Positions 9,573-18,503 of a stretch of 64,000 nt of DNA are shown here, piece after piece. The stretch covers positions 1,568,001-1,632,000 of the forward strand of contig CBDCWI010000002.1 of NCBI GenBank assembly GCA_965223325.1, read 5' to 3'. This stretch comes from Candidatus Multivoradales bacterium (GTDB taxonomy: Bacteria; Acidobacteriota; Thermoanaerobaculia; Multivoradales; Multivoraceae). The translations under genes and the position numbers were made by a program. The notes beneath the pieces were generated by a model that saw only the letters and a list, made by a program, of their open reading frames with translations, was not told the DNA's origin and ran no database searches. Each line of letters starts with the position of its first letter. The first letter of the stretch is position 1.

Positions 9573-10169
9573 GCCATCTACGGTTACCTTGGTGACACGC
9601 CCCGGCTACTCGAAGTTCGCCAGTACTTCGAACAGTCCGTCCTGGGCCCCAAGCCCGACGAAGCGTCCTACGGTGGCGACCTCAGCTGGCATCTCGACCC
9701 GATGGATCCACTCTGGATCAACCCCCAGGGAGCTACCCGCGGTGGCCTGATCATCGACGGCCTGATACCAGACGACATGCGACGCAACGGCTCCTTTGCG
9801 ACCCCACCTCCCAATCAGAGCCCCTACCACTGGGAAGGCATCCAGGGCCTGGTCATGGCGGCGCGGATTCTCGATCTGGTCGGCCATCCGATCTGGGAGC
9901 TGGCGGACCGTGCGCTCTACCGGGCCGTTCTAGTCCTCCAGGACACCTACGAGCTCACCTACGGTGGCTGGCGGGCAGAGGGCGACGACCAATGGATGCT
10001 GCCGTTTTTCGACCAGGCATATGGCTCGAACTGGAGCGCAGCTTACGACCCATGTACGAGCCGGGTTTTCGAACACGGCAAGAACGCCGGCTGGGGCTGG
10101 GTAACCCTTTCTTCGACCATCTTTGCCGACGGCTTCGAGACCGGCACGACAGCCGCCTGGTCGAGTTGA
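9573..10169 (+). pseudogene. Alginate-lyase-like protein, C-terminal half
   Basis: AIYGYLGD..GDLSWH..INPQGATRGGLIIDGLIPDDMRR..YHWEGIQG..GKNAGW, ending IFADGFETGTTAAWSS; no start of its own. Confidence 0.7.
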
Positions 10170-10185
10170 GAAGCGGACTCCCGCG

Positions 10186-11385
10186 TCAAGGCACGAGCGT
10201 GACCAGGTCGCGGGCGACCTCGAGACCCCGCTCGAGAATCGGGTCGGAGCCGGGAGCGTAGGGTTCTGAGGCTTCGACCGGCACGTCGGGTTCCACGCAG
10301 TGGCCCTCGAGCAGTTTGGAGTAGGTCGCCAGCTCGATAGCTGGAAACATGAGCACCGTCTCAGGCGAAACCTCGGCAAAGCTCGCCGGCAAAACCGCGC
10401 CGGCTGTGCACTCTCCCACCAGCGTCGCCAAGCCGCGCTTCTCGAGCTCGTAGGCCATCATGTCCTTGGCGCTGCGCGAGTTGCGATCGATGAGTGCGAT
10501 GACCGGGCGATCCCACAGCCGATCATCGCCTTCGAGCAGATTGAGCAGGCCGTAAACCACCAGAGGAGTGCCGCCGCGCCCGCGAAGGTCGATCATCAAC
10601 ACGTCGGCCTCGGCAAGCGGGCCAGACAGCGCTTCTTTCACCAGGTCGACCAGGCCATTGATGTGGATGAACCAGAGGTGCACATAGCCGACCTCGAGAC
10701 CCTCCCGCTCGAACACCCGCACGCTTTCTCTTGCGGCCGCGAAGCTACCCCAGGTTGCCACGCGTATCTCGAGCTGCTCCTCACCTGCTGGCGTGTCGAT
10801 GAGTAGTTCGACGGTCTCGCCGCCGTCGGCCAGAACGAGGTGCTTTGGCGGGTCGGGCAAAGCCGAATCGTCGGTGCGCCAGTCGAGGCGCGGCGACTCA
10901 GCTGGCGGTCGCCCGTCGATCGCGAGGACGCGATGGCCACGGCGAAGGCCCGCCTTTGCCGCTGGTCCACCCTCGAGGACCCAGGTTGCATGAAAGTCAT
11001 CGCCGAAGCGTTCGAGTTCAAAGCCCAGAGTGGGTCCCGAGTCACTCCACAGTTCGCGCCAGAAGTGCTCATGCGCCGCCTTTGAGAGTAGACCCAGATG
11101 CGACACCGGCAGCTGCTGTAGGAGGCGGTCTGCCACCTCGCGTTCCTCGTGCAATGTCTCGGCAGCCCTTGCCTCAGGGAGGAGTTCGGCAACCATCGCC
11201 GGGATCTTTCCCCGCAGCTGTTCGTCGAAGAAGCTGGCCTCCAACACTTCGGCGACACGTTCGAGTAGCGTCTCGCCCTCGAGTTCGTACTGCATGAGAG
11301 GCGGCTGAGCCGCGGCAGGGCCGGCGATGATAAGCCCAAACAAGACGACGGCAAACATCCCACCCAATGATCTCGACCTGAACAA
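10186..11385 (-). CDS. S41 family (tail-specific/tricorn-like) peptidase with PDZ domain
   Basis: IDLRGRGG, SRSAKD, LVGECTAGAV, EGHCVEPDV; PDZ GGPAAKAGLRRG. Confidence 0.85.
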   Translation of the reverse strand: MFRSRSLGGMFAVVLFGLIIAGPAAAQPPLMQYELEGETLLERVAEVLEASFFDEQLRGKIPAMVAELLPEARAAETLHEEREVADRLLQQLPVSHLGLLSKAAHEHFWRELWSDSGPTLGFELERFGDDFHATWVLEGGPAAKAGLRRGHRVLAIDGRPPAESPRLDWRTDDSALPDPPKHLVLADGGETVELLIDTPAGEEQLEIRVATWGSFAAARESVRVFEREGLEVGYVHLWFIHINGLVDLVKEALSGPLAEADVLMIDLRGRGGTPLVVYGLLNLLEGDDRLWDRPVIALIDRNSRSAKDMMAYELEKRGLATLVGECTAGAVLPASFAEVSPETVLMFPAIELATYSKLLEGHCVEPDVPVEASEPYAPGSDPILERGLEVARDLVTLVP

Positions 11386-11439
11386 AGCTCGTTCCCCCCT
11401 CGACGTTTAGCCTAAGAACGGTGGGCAGCCACGCGAGTT

Positions 11440-11958
11440 TCAGCGGCTCGGTGACTCGTCGGGAGGCACCTTGATCGGCGCGCCGGCCAGGGGTCGTTCG
11501 AGGAGCACGTAGTCAGCCACAGGCTCTCCACCCAGTAGGTGTTCCTGGAGGATGCGTTCGAGGACCGGTGGATCACAGGAGTGGTACCAGACACCTTCGG
11601 GGTAAACGACCGCCACAGGTCCCGCGCTGCAGACCCTGAGACAGCTCGCGCGGCTCCTCAGAATGCGACCGTCGTCGGCGAGGCCGAGCTCGCGCAGCCG
11701 GGACTTCAGGTACTTCCAAGCGGCGATCGAGCGCTCGGATGTGCAGCATTTCGGCTTGGCCGGATCGACACACAAGAAAATGTGCCGTGCCGCCCTTCGA
11801 GCACCAATGAGCTCGAGTTTCTCGTGAGCCGCCCGAAGCTCAAGCGCGTGCTGCTCGTCGGGCGACTCACCGGTTGGTTCGCCGGCAGGCTCAGTCTCAC
11901 TGGGCGCGGTGCGCCCTCCGGAGGGTTCTCCGGCCGTTTCTGGAGGGGTTTCGGACAC
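11440..11958 (-). CDS. Thioredoxin-like (2Fe-2S) ferredoxin
   Basis: [33 protein letters not shown]. Confidence 0.85.
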   Translation of the reverse strand: MSETPPETAGEPSGGRTAPSETEPAGEPTGESPDEQHALELRAAHEKLELIGARRAARHIFLCVDPAKPKCCTSERSIAAWKYLKSRLRELGLADDGRILRSRASCLRVCSAGPVAVVYPEGVWYHSCDPPVLERILQEHLLGGEPVADYVLLERPLAGAPIKVPPDESPSR

Positions 11959-11978
11959 CGCGCGAGCTGACCTGGGAG

Positions 11979-12530
11979 CTAGCTCGCCAGAGGGTGGTTG
12001 CGGTTCCAGATGTTGCGGTGGATCTTCCAGGAGCCGTCAGGTTGACGCTCCATCAGGTTGAACCATTTGCCGACCTGCTCGACTGCCTCACTGCCATCTG
12101 CAGGGTGTTGGACGACCGCCCAGTCGCCGCGTACCAAGGCCATGTCGCCGGAGATCTCAGTCTCTTCGATGTTGACGGTGATCTCGATATCGGCGGCTTC
12201 GAAGGTCTGTTCGATGTCGACGCGAATCTTGCCGAGCCCCTGAAAGGCCGGCGCATCGGGCGGCATGCGGATCGCGTCGTCCGTGAAAAGCGTCAGGAAC
12301 AAGTCGACGTCTTCGGTGAGGTAGGCCTCGACGAAAGTGCCGACCACAGCGTTGATGGCCTTGATGTTGGCCTCGCGAGAGTAGGCATCGGTCGCAGCCT
12401 GGGCCTCGGACGGAACGTCGACCGCACTGGTTTCGTTGGCGGCCGGTTGGCAGGCAGCCAGGGCAACGAGAACGACAACTGACAGGACGGGCAACAACAT
12501 CCGGATCGTCAAGGTGTGCATACGCTTCAT
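11979..12530 (-). CDS. NTF2-like/DUF4440 (SnoaL-like) lipoprotein
   Basis: Lipobox LAAC; [37 protein letters not shown]. Confidence 0.75.
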   Translation of the reverse strand: MKRMHTLTIRMLLPVLSVVVLVALAACQPAANETSAVDVPSEAQAATDAYSREANIKAINAVVGTFVEAYLTEDVDLFLTLFTDDAIRMPPDAPAFQGLGKIRVDIEQTFEAADIEITVNIEETEISGDMALVRGDWAVVQHPADGSEAVEQVGKWFNLMERQPDGSWKIHRNIWNRNHPLAS

Positions 12531-12662
12531 GGTGCAGCCTCCAAAGTAGTGGAGTGGATCACTCAAATTAGCAGGGAATTGCGGTGCTCTCCGGTATTCC
12601 GACCGGCCGTTCGGATGATCGGTTCCCATGCATGAAGCGGCCAAACGCACCGGTCGACCCGT

Positions 12663-12697
12663 TTTCGCGTAATTTTACGCCTCTCTTACGCTACAAT
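12663..12697 (+). promoter_or_regulatory. dnaE2 promoter with TT(A/T)CGC direct repeats abutting a -10 TACAAT
   Basis: TTTCGC 12663, TTACGC 12675, TTACGC 12686, TACAAT 12692-12697. Confidence 0.4.
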
Positions 12698-12717
12698 GTT
12701 CGACCCTCGAGCAGATC

Positions 12718-15700
12718 ATGTCCGACAACCCCACATCCAAAAGGCCCCCACCCGGGTCCCCACCCGGGTCCGAGGCTGTCGGTACGCCTGCTCGTGACCT
12801 GGGGATCGCCGCCGAGGGGGGCTACGGCTACGGCATGCTGGGTTCAGACGGCAGTGGCCGGGGTTATCTCTCGCCGGGGGCGCGCAAGGAGAAACGGAGA
12901 CAACGCAACTACGAACGCGGTGTTCGGCGGGTGCGCAGCAAACGTCCCTATGTCGAGCTGCGCTCCTGCTCGTCGTTCTCATTTCTGCGCGGTTCTTCCG
13001 AGCCCGAAGACTTGATCGCAGCGGCAGCGGAGCGGGGACTCGAAGCAGCGGCGCTGCTCGATCGCAACGGTGTCTATGGTGCACCACGGTTCTACAAAGC
13101 CGCTCGTCAAGCTGGGGTGCGGGCATTGGTCGGTGCCGAAGTCGTCGTCGAAGGCCCGCCATTCGCACCGGCGTTTTCGGCGCGTCATCTCGAGAAGAAC
13201 CCCGACAGCGAGGTGCGACTGTCGCTTCTGGTTCGCAATCAGGTTGGCTACAAGAACCTCTGCCGGCTGCTCTCTGCCGGAGCTCTCGGCCGCCCTAAAG
13301 GCGAGGCGCGCGTCAGCCTGGTTGACCTGGAAAGGCATGGCGAAGGCCTGCACTGTCTGACTGGTGCACCAGGCGGCACCGTCGCCGCCACCCTGGCTGG
13401 ATCGTCGGGACCCGGTAACTCACACGTCTTGGCGTTCGAGCGCGCCCGCCGGGTCCTCGAGCGCCTGCACGCCATCTACGACGGACGGCTGCACGTTGAG
13501 TTGCAGCGTCATGGCCTGCGTGCCGAAGAACATCGCAACCGTGCGCTCGAGGGGTTGGCGCGCGCCCTCCGCTTGCCGATCGTGGCGACCAATGGAGTGC
13601 GCTACGCCACCCTGGACGACAAACCCCTCCACGATGTCATGACCTGCATTCGCCATCACACGACCCTCGATGCTGCCGGAGCCATTCTGGCCCCCGAGCG
13701 CCAGCGGGCGTTCTGTGACCCGCTCATCATGAACCGGCGCTTCGCTGACCTTCCTCATGCCCTTGACGCCAGCTACGAACTGGCCGCCGAGCTCGATTTC
13801 ACGCTCGCCGACCTCGGCTACCGGTTTCCGGACTACCCGCTGCCGCCCGGCGAGACTCCGGCGTCGTACCTGCGCCATCTGACCTGGAACGGCGCCCGCG
13901 CCCGCTTCCGACCGTTGACTGCCAAGGCCCAGCGTCAGATCGAGAAGGAACTGGCAATGATCGAGAAGCTCGAGCTCGCGGGCTACTTCCTGATCGTCCA
14001 CGACCTGGTCATGTTCTGCAAACGACGAGGCATCCTGGCGCAGGGGCGGGGCTCGGCGGCCAACAGTGCGGTTTGCTATGCGCTCTCGATCACCGCGGTC
14101 GACCCAGTGAAGATGGGGCTTCTTTTCGAGCGATTCCTATCGGAAGAACGCGGCGAGTGGCCGGACATTGACCTCGACCTGCCGTCTGGAGACCAACGCG
14201 AAAGTGTTATCCAGTACGTCTACCAGCGCTACGGCCCGAAGGAGGGCGGCGGCTATGGCGCCGCAATGACCGCTAACGTGATCACCTACCGTGACCGCAT
14301 GGCGGCACGGGAAGTTTCGAAGGCGCTGGGCTACTCGGCCGAACAGGTCGACGCGCTGTCGAAGAAGCTCGGCAGCTGGCACTACGACATCCGACGCGGC
14401 GACCAGAAGGCGCTAGCCGAAGAGTTCACGACATTGGGCTTCGACCCAGAAGAACCACGCCTCCAGCTGTTCGCCCGCATGTGGCTCGAAATCCAGAACC
14501 ACCCGCGCCACCTCGGTCAACACTCGGGTGGCATGGTGATCGCCGCCGGGCGACTCGACGAGATCGTGCCACTCGAACCCGCAGCCATGGAGGATCGCGT
14601 CGTCGTGCAGTGGGACAAGGACGACTGCGCAGACCTCGGCCTCATCAAGGTCGATCTCCTCGGCCTCGGCATGTTGTGTGCGCTCGAAGAAGCCGTGCCG
14701 CTCGTGCGCCTGCACGAGAAGGTCAACCTCGACCTTGCCCATCTCCCACCAGACGACCCCAAGACCTACGCCATGCTGCAGAAGGCCGACACGGTCGGTG
14801 TTTTTCAGGTCGAGAGCCGCGCTCAGATGGCGTCGCTACCACGCAATAAGCCGGAGCGCTTCTACGACCTGGTCATACAGGTCGCGATCATTCGCCCCGG
14901 GCCGATCGTCGGCAAGATGGCCCACCCCTATTTCGAACGTCGCATGGGGCGCGAAAAGGTGACCTACCCCGACCCGAGCCTCGAGCCGGTCCTCGAACGC
15001 ACTCTTGGTGTACCGATTTTCCAGGAGCAGATCTTGCGCATGGCGATGGTCGCAGCCGGCTTCAGCGGCGGCGAGGCCGAAGAGCTACGGCGCGCGATGG
15101 GCTTCAAGCGCTCGATGGAAAAGATGGACGAGATCGAGAAACGTCTACGCAGTGGCATGCAGGAACGTGGCATTCACGGTGAAGCGCAGGACCGTATCGT
15201 GCAGTCGATCACCGCGTTCGCGCTCTACGGCTTCCCCGAGTCCCATGCCGCCAGTTTCGCGCTCATCGCCTACGCCAGCGCCTACTTGAAGTGCCACCAC
15301 CCGACGGCCTTCTTCATGTCGCTACTCAATGCCTGGCCGATGGGCTTCTACCACCCGGCCAGCCTGGTCAAAGAGGCACAGCGCGCCGGTTCGGCGGTGC
15401 TTCCGATCGACGTTGTGCGCTCGGGCTGGCGCTGCCGCTGGGAAAAGGAGCCAGAGAAGGCGAAGCGCGCGGGTGCGATCCGGCTCGGGCTGCGTTACGT
15501 CCAGGGTCTGCGGCAAGAAGCAGGCGAAGCGATCGAGACCGAACAGACCAAGAGGCCTTTCAGGAACGTCGAAGACCTGGTCGACCGGGCCGAGCTGCGC
15601 GCCGAAGAAGCACGCTCACTGGCTCGCCTCGGTGCCCTCGCCAGCCTGGCGTCATCGACGAACGACCAACCCGGAGCCGCAGGCAAACTCACCCGTCGCC

Positions 15701-16203
15701 AGGCCCTCTGGCAAGTCGCCCGCGCGACCCGCCCACAGGGGCCGATGTTTCAGGGTCTCGAAGACAGAGCCGCCTCACCGCTCAGGGAGATGACGCAGTT
15801 CGAAGAGACCCTGGCCGACTTCGAAGTTTCTTCGATCACCACCGGCAAGCACCCGATCACCTACTACCGCGAAGATCTCACCCGCCTGGAGGTCCGCAGA
15901 GCCTCGGAACTCGACGACGTTCCTGCAGGCCAGAGCGTTCGCATCGCGGGCTCGGTGATCGTGCGGCAACGACCGGGAACGGCCAAGGGGCTTCTCTTTC
16001 TCACCCTCGAAGACGAAACCGGCATGATTCAGGCAATCGTCATGCCGGACCTCCTGCGCGAGTACCGCAACATGATCGTGCGCTCGGCGGGCCTCATCGT
16101 CGAAGGCGTGATGCAACGCCTCGACGGTTCCACCTCGGTGAAGGCCGATCGCCTCTGGCCGCTCTCACGGCTGACGGCAATTCCCAGCCACGACTTTCAC
16201 TGA
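12718..16203 (+). CDS. dnaE2: Error-prone DNA polymerase III alpha subunit DnaE2
   Basis: PHP domain FSFLRGSS, GRGSAANS, PDIDLD, YGFPESHAASF, RQRPGTAKG, C-terminal SHDFH (S[R/H]DFH signature). Confidence 0.95.
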   Translation: MSDNPTSKRPPPGSPPGSEAVGTPARDLGIAAEGGYGYGMLGSDGSGRGYLSPGARKEKRRQRNYERGVRRVRSKRPYVELRSCSSFSFLRGSSEPEDLIAAAAERGLEAAALLDRNGVYGAPRFYKAARQAGVRALVGAEVVVEGPPFAPAFSARHLEKNPDSEVRLSLLVRNQVGYKNLCRLLSAGALGRPKGEARVSLVDLERHGEGLHCLTGAPGGTVAATLAGSSGPGNSHVLAFERARRVLERLHAIYDGRLHVELQRHGLRAEEHRNRALEGLARALRLPIVATNGVRYATLDDKPLHDVMTCIRHHTTLDAAGAILAPERQRAFCDPLIMNRRFADLPHALDASYELAAELDFTLADLGYRFPDYPLPPGETPASYLRHLTWNGARARFRPLTAKAQRQIEKELAMIEKLELAGYFLIVHDLVMFCKRRGILAQGRGSAANSAVCYALSITAVDPVKMGLLFERFLSEERGEWPDIDLDLPSGDQRESVIQYVYQRYGPKEGGGYGAAMTANVITYRDRMAAREVSKALGYSAEQVDALSKKLGSWHYDIRRGDQKALAEEFTTLGFDPEEPRLQLFARMWLEIQNHPRHLGQHSGGMVIAAGRLDEIVPLEPAAMEDRVVVQWDKDDCADLGLIKVDLLGLGMLCALEEAVPLVRLHEKVNLDLAHLPPDDPKTYAMLQKADTVGVFQVESRAQMASLPRNKPERFYDLVIQVAIIRPGPIVGKMAHPYFERRMGREKVTYPDPSLEPVLERTLGVPIFQEQILRMAMVAAGFSGGEAEELRRAMGFKRSMEKMDEIEKRLRSGMQERGIHGEAQDRIVQSITAFALYGFPESHAASFALIAYASAYLKCHHPTAFFMSLLNAWPMGFYHPASLVKEAQRAGSAVLPIDVVRSGWRCRWEKEPEKAKRAGAIRLGLRYVQGLRQEAGEAIETEQTKRPFRNVEDLVDRAELRAEEARSLARLGALASLASSTNDQPGAAGKLTRRQALWQVARATRPQGPMFQGLEDRAASPLREMTQFEETLADFEVSSITTGKHPITYYREDLTRLEVRRASELDDVPAGQSVRIAGSVIVRQRPGTAKGLLFLTLEDETGMIQAIVMPDLLREYRNMIVRSAGLIVEGVMQRLDGSTSVKADRLWPLSRLTAIPSHDFH

Positions 16204-16254
16204 GCCGAGTCGTTCAATTCGAGAACCCACCAACGCGCATTCCGAAACGCTGAC

Positions 16255-18267
16255 CTAGATTGCTGGTCGGAAGAAGAACTCGCCGCCCTCGTGCCGACTG
16301 CGACGAATGCCACCGAAGTCGGGTTCCTGAACAAAACCGGGCTGACCCGCACGCTCCATGTAGGCGCGCGTCGACTCAGACACCTGAGCACGGACCTGCC
16401 GGAAGAGCTGCTGCCCCGACAGCGGCTGCTCGCTGCTTCGCAGAACCTCGAGAAAGTACTTTGCAAACACAGAATGCTCGCCGCCGCCCTCATCGAGCAC
16501 CGGCTGAAGCGATCCCGACGACAGCACCAGGCGTGCGGTCTTCCGGTTCAGCGACTCCATCCATGCCGCCTGGGCCTGGAGGTCGTCGCTGTCCGGGCGT
16601 GCTGCAGCCGCTCCCACCAACCACCCCGAGAAGCACGAGTCGGCAACTACCAGGACCCCACGTGCCTCGAGCCGATTGAGATGGCGGGCGATCTCGGATG
16701 TCGGTATCCAGTTCGCGACCCGCTTCTGTTCGCCGTCGACCGGCACCCAGTACATCTCTGGCTCGAGCAGGTTCTCGCCCTTCTCGAGAAAACCGTGTCC
16801 GGCGTAGTAGATCAAGAGGTTGTCGGCTGGCGTGATCTTCTCGGACAGCTCCTCGAGGGCACTCAGGATGTCGAGACGAATGGCATCGTAGACCTCGATG
16901 ACTTCCTTGAAGCCGTAGCGCTCGCGCAGCACCTGCGCCACCGCCCGCGCATCGCCGAGGGCAGTTTCGAGCCGCGGCCAGTACTGATAGTCGTTGCTAC
17001 CAATGACCAGGCCGTAGTACGTACCCCCGAGCAGTCTGGGCGTGCGCACCGCCTCGGCATCACGATCGCCGTAGACGAAGGCGAACTCAAAGGCACTTCT
17101 GTTGCCCACCTGGTCGACCGCAACCAGCTCGACGGGCGTACGCTCGCCGCTGAGCGGGACCTCGACGGAAAAGAGACCTCCGGCGGTGACCCGGCCCGTG
17201 CGATCCTCGCCATTGACCATGAAACTCAGAATGCCGCTCGGCGCACGCAGCTGACCGACGATCAAGCGTTTCTCTTGACCACGTGAGCGCAACACGACCT
17301 CACGCGCGCCACGCGAAACGACCTGCTTGGGCTCGATGAGCTCGATGTCCGGACCGGCAACGGCCACTCCCTCGCGCCCTGCTGCCACCATACGAATGCG
17401 GGCTTCTTCCTGGGCGGCCCCTTGCTTCCTCGCCAGCTCTTCGTCTCGCGCAGCGACTTCGGACTCGAGCGCCGCCAGGCGCTCCTCGAGAGCTGGTCGC
17501 TCCCCGGCCTTGGTTCCAGGTGCAGAGATCCGGCGACGGAGGGCATCGATTTCGGCTTCGGCGCTCTTGGCGGCGGCCTGCTCGAGGAACAGATCAGCCG
17601 ACGACTGGAGCGGCTGGGACCGGGCCAGCTCGACGGTGCCTCCCGACTCGAGGTCGAAGGCCTGCTGGTAGAGCAGGGCGGCACGCTTCTGGTCGGCGGT
17701 CACTCCGAGGCCCTGTTCGTAGAGGAAGGCCAGATTCATCGTTGCGCGGGCGTTTCCCTGGTCGGCGGCACGCTGGTACCACTGTGCCGCCAGCTCGTAG
17801 TTGGGTTCGGTCCCCAGGCCTTCTTCGTAGATCTCGCCGACGATGGTCTGCGCCTCGGCAGAGCCTTTGCGCGCTCCATCCATCCACACCTTGAGTGCGG
17901 TCTGATAGTTCGCCCGGTCGTAGGAGGCGTACTCGCCACCCCGAATCTCGCAGTCACGAGCGGTGGTGCGCAGAGGGCGGCGCGCGGTGACGAAGGTGTT
18001 TCGGCGCCCGATCTTGCGCACCTGGCCGGGCAGCAGGCAGTCGACGATCATCAACTGGTCCGCGTGCAACGGCTTCTTCTTGTTCTTGGCGCGGCGCTGA
18101 ACTGCCGGGACCAGTCCGGGGTGACTGCCCGCTGCGATCTGAGTCACGAGGGGCAGCGGGGAAACCGGAGCCGCCGGGGAGAGCGGCTGGGCGAAAGCGA
18201 CGAGACAAAACACCGCCAGGCTGGCCGCCACCAGCAAGGGGACGGAGATCTGCGGTACACGAACCAT
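16255..18267 (-). CDS. Secreted Sel1-repeat and caspase-like (peptidase C14) protein
   Basis: Signal peptide from ATG 18267; IVDCLLPGQVRK..TARDCEIRGGEY; Sel1 repeats; catalytic YYAGHG and ADSCFSG. Confidence 0.85.
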   Translation of the reverse strand: MVRVPQISVPLLVAASLAVFCLVAFAQPLSPAAPVSPLPLVTQIAAGSHPGLVPAVQRRAKNKKKPLHADQLMIVDCLLPGQVRKIGRRNTFVTARRPLRTTARDCEIRGGEYASYDRANYQTALKVWMDGARKGSAEAQTIVGEIYEEGLGTEPNYELAAQWYQRAADQGNARATMNLAFLYEQGLGVTADQKRAALLYQQAFDLESGGTVELARSQPLQSSADLFLEQAAAKSAEAEIDALRRRISAPGTKAGERPALEERLAALESEVAARDEELARKQGAAQEEARIRMVAAGREGVAVAGPDIELIEPKQVVSRGAREVVLRSRGQEKRLIVGQLRAPSGILSFMVNGEDRTGRVTAGGLFSVEVPLSGERTPVELVAVDQVGNRSAFEFAFVYGDRDAEAVRTPRLLGGTYYGLVIGSNDYQYWPRLETALGDARAVAQVLRERYGFKEVIEVYDAIRLDILSALEELSEKITPADNLLIYYAGHGFLEKGENLLEPEMYWVPVDGEQKRVANWIPTSEIARHLNRLEARGVLVVADSCFSGWLVGAAAARPDSDDLQAQAAWMESLNRKTARLVLSSGSLQPVLDEGGGEHSVFAKYFLEVLRSSEQPLSGQQLFRQVRAQVSESTRAYMERAGQPGFVQEPDFGGIRRSRHEGGEFFFRPAI

Positions 18268-18503
18268 GGGAACCTCGATGGGCGCTAGAGACGGTCGAAA
18301 GTCCATGCTAACGGATGCCTCGACCGGAGAGGCTGCCCCAGGTACCCGGCTTTTCCGCGAAGAGACCTTGACCGCGCACCGTTCAACCTCTACCTTTGGA
18401 TTTTCGCCCAACGCCCCGGTGGGACGGCCAGACAGCCGGAGCGATGCCGAGACCTGGCGGTCGCAACACGGCGCCACAATCGAAGGAACCTCCGTTGATC
18501 CGC

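Noticed and set aside
12609-12712. GTTC-N7-GTTC type LexA box upstream of dnaE2
   Set aside because: Only GTTC-N9-GTTC and GTTC-N7-GAGC are present; neither matches
12747-12771. 12-bp tandem duplication CCCCACCCGGGT
   Set aside because: Two copies only, in frame (PPGS x2) within a disordered N-terminus
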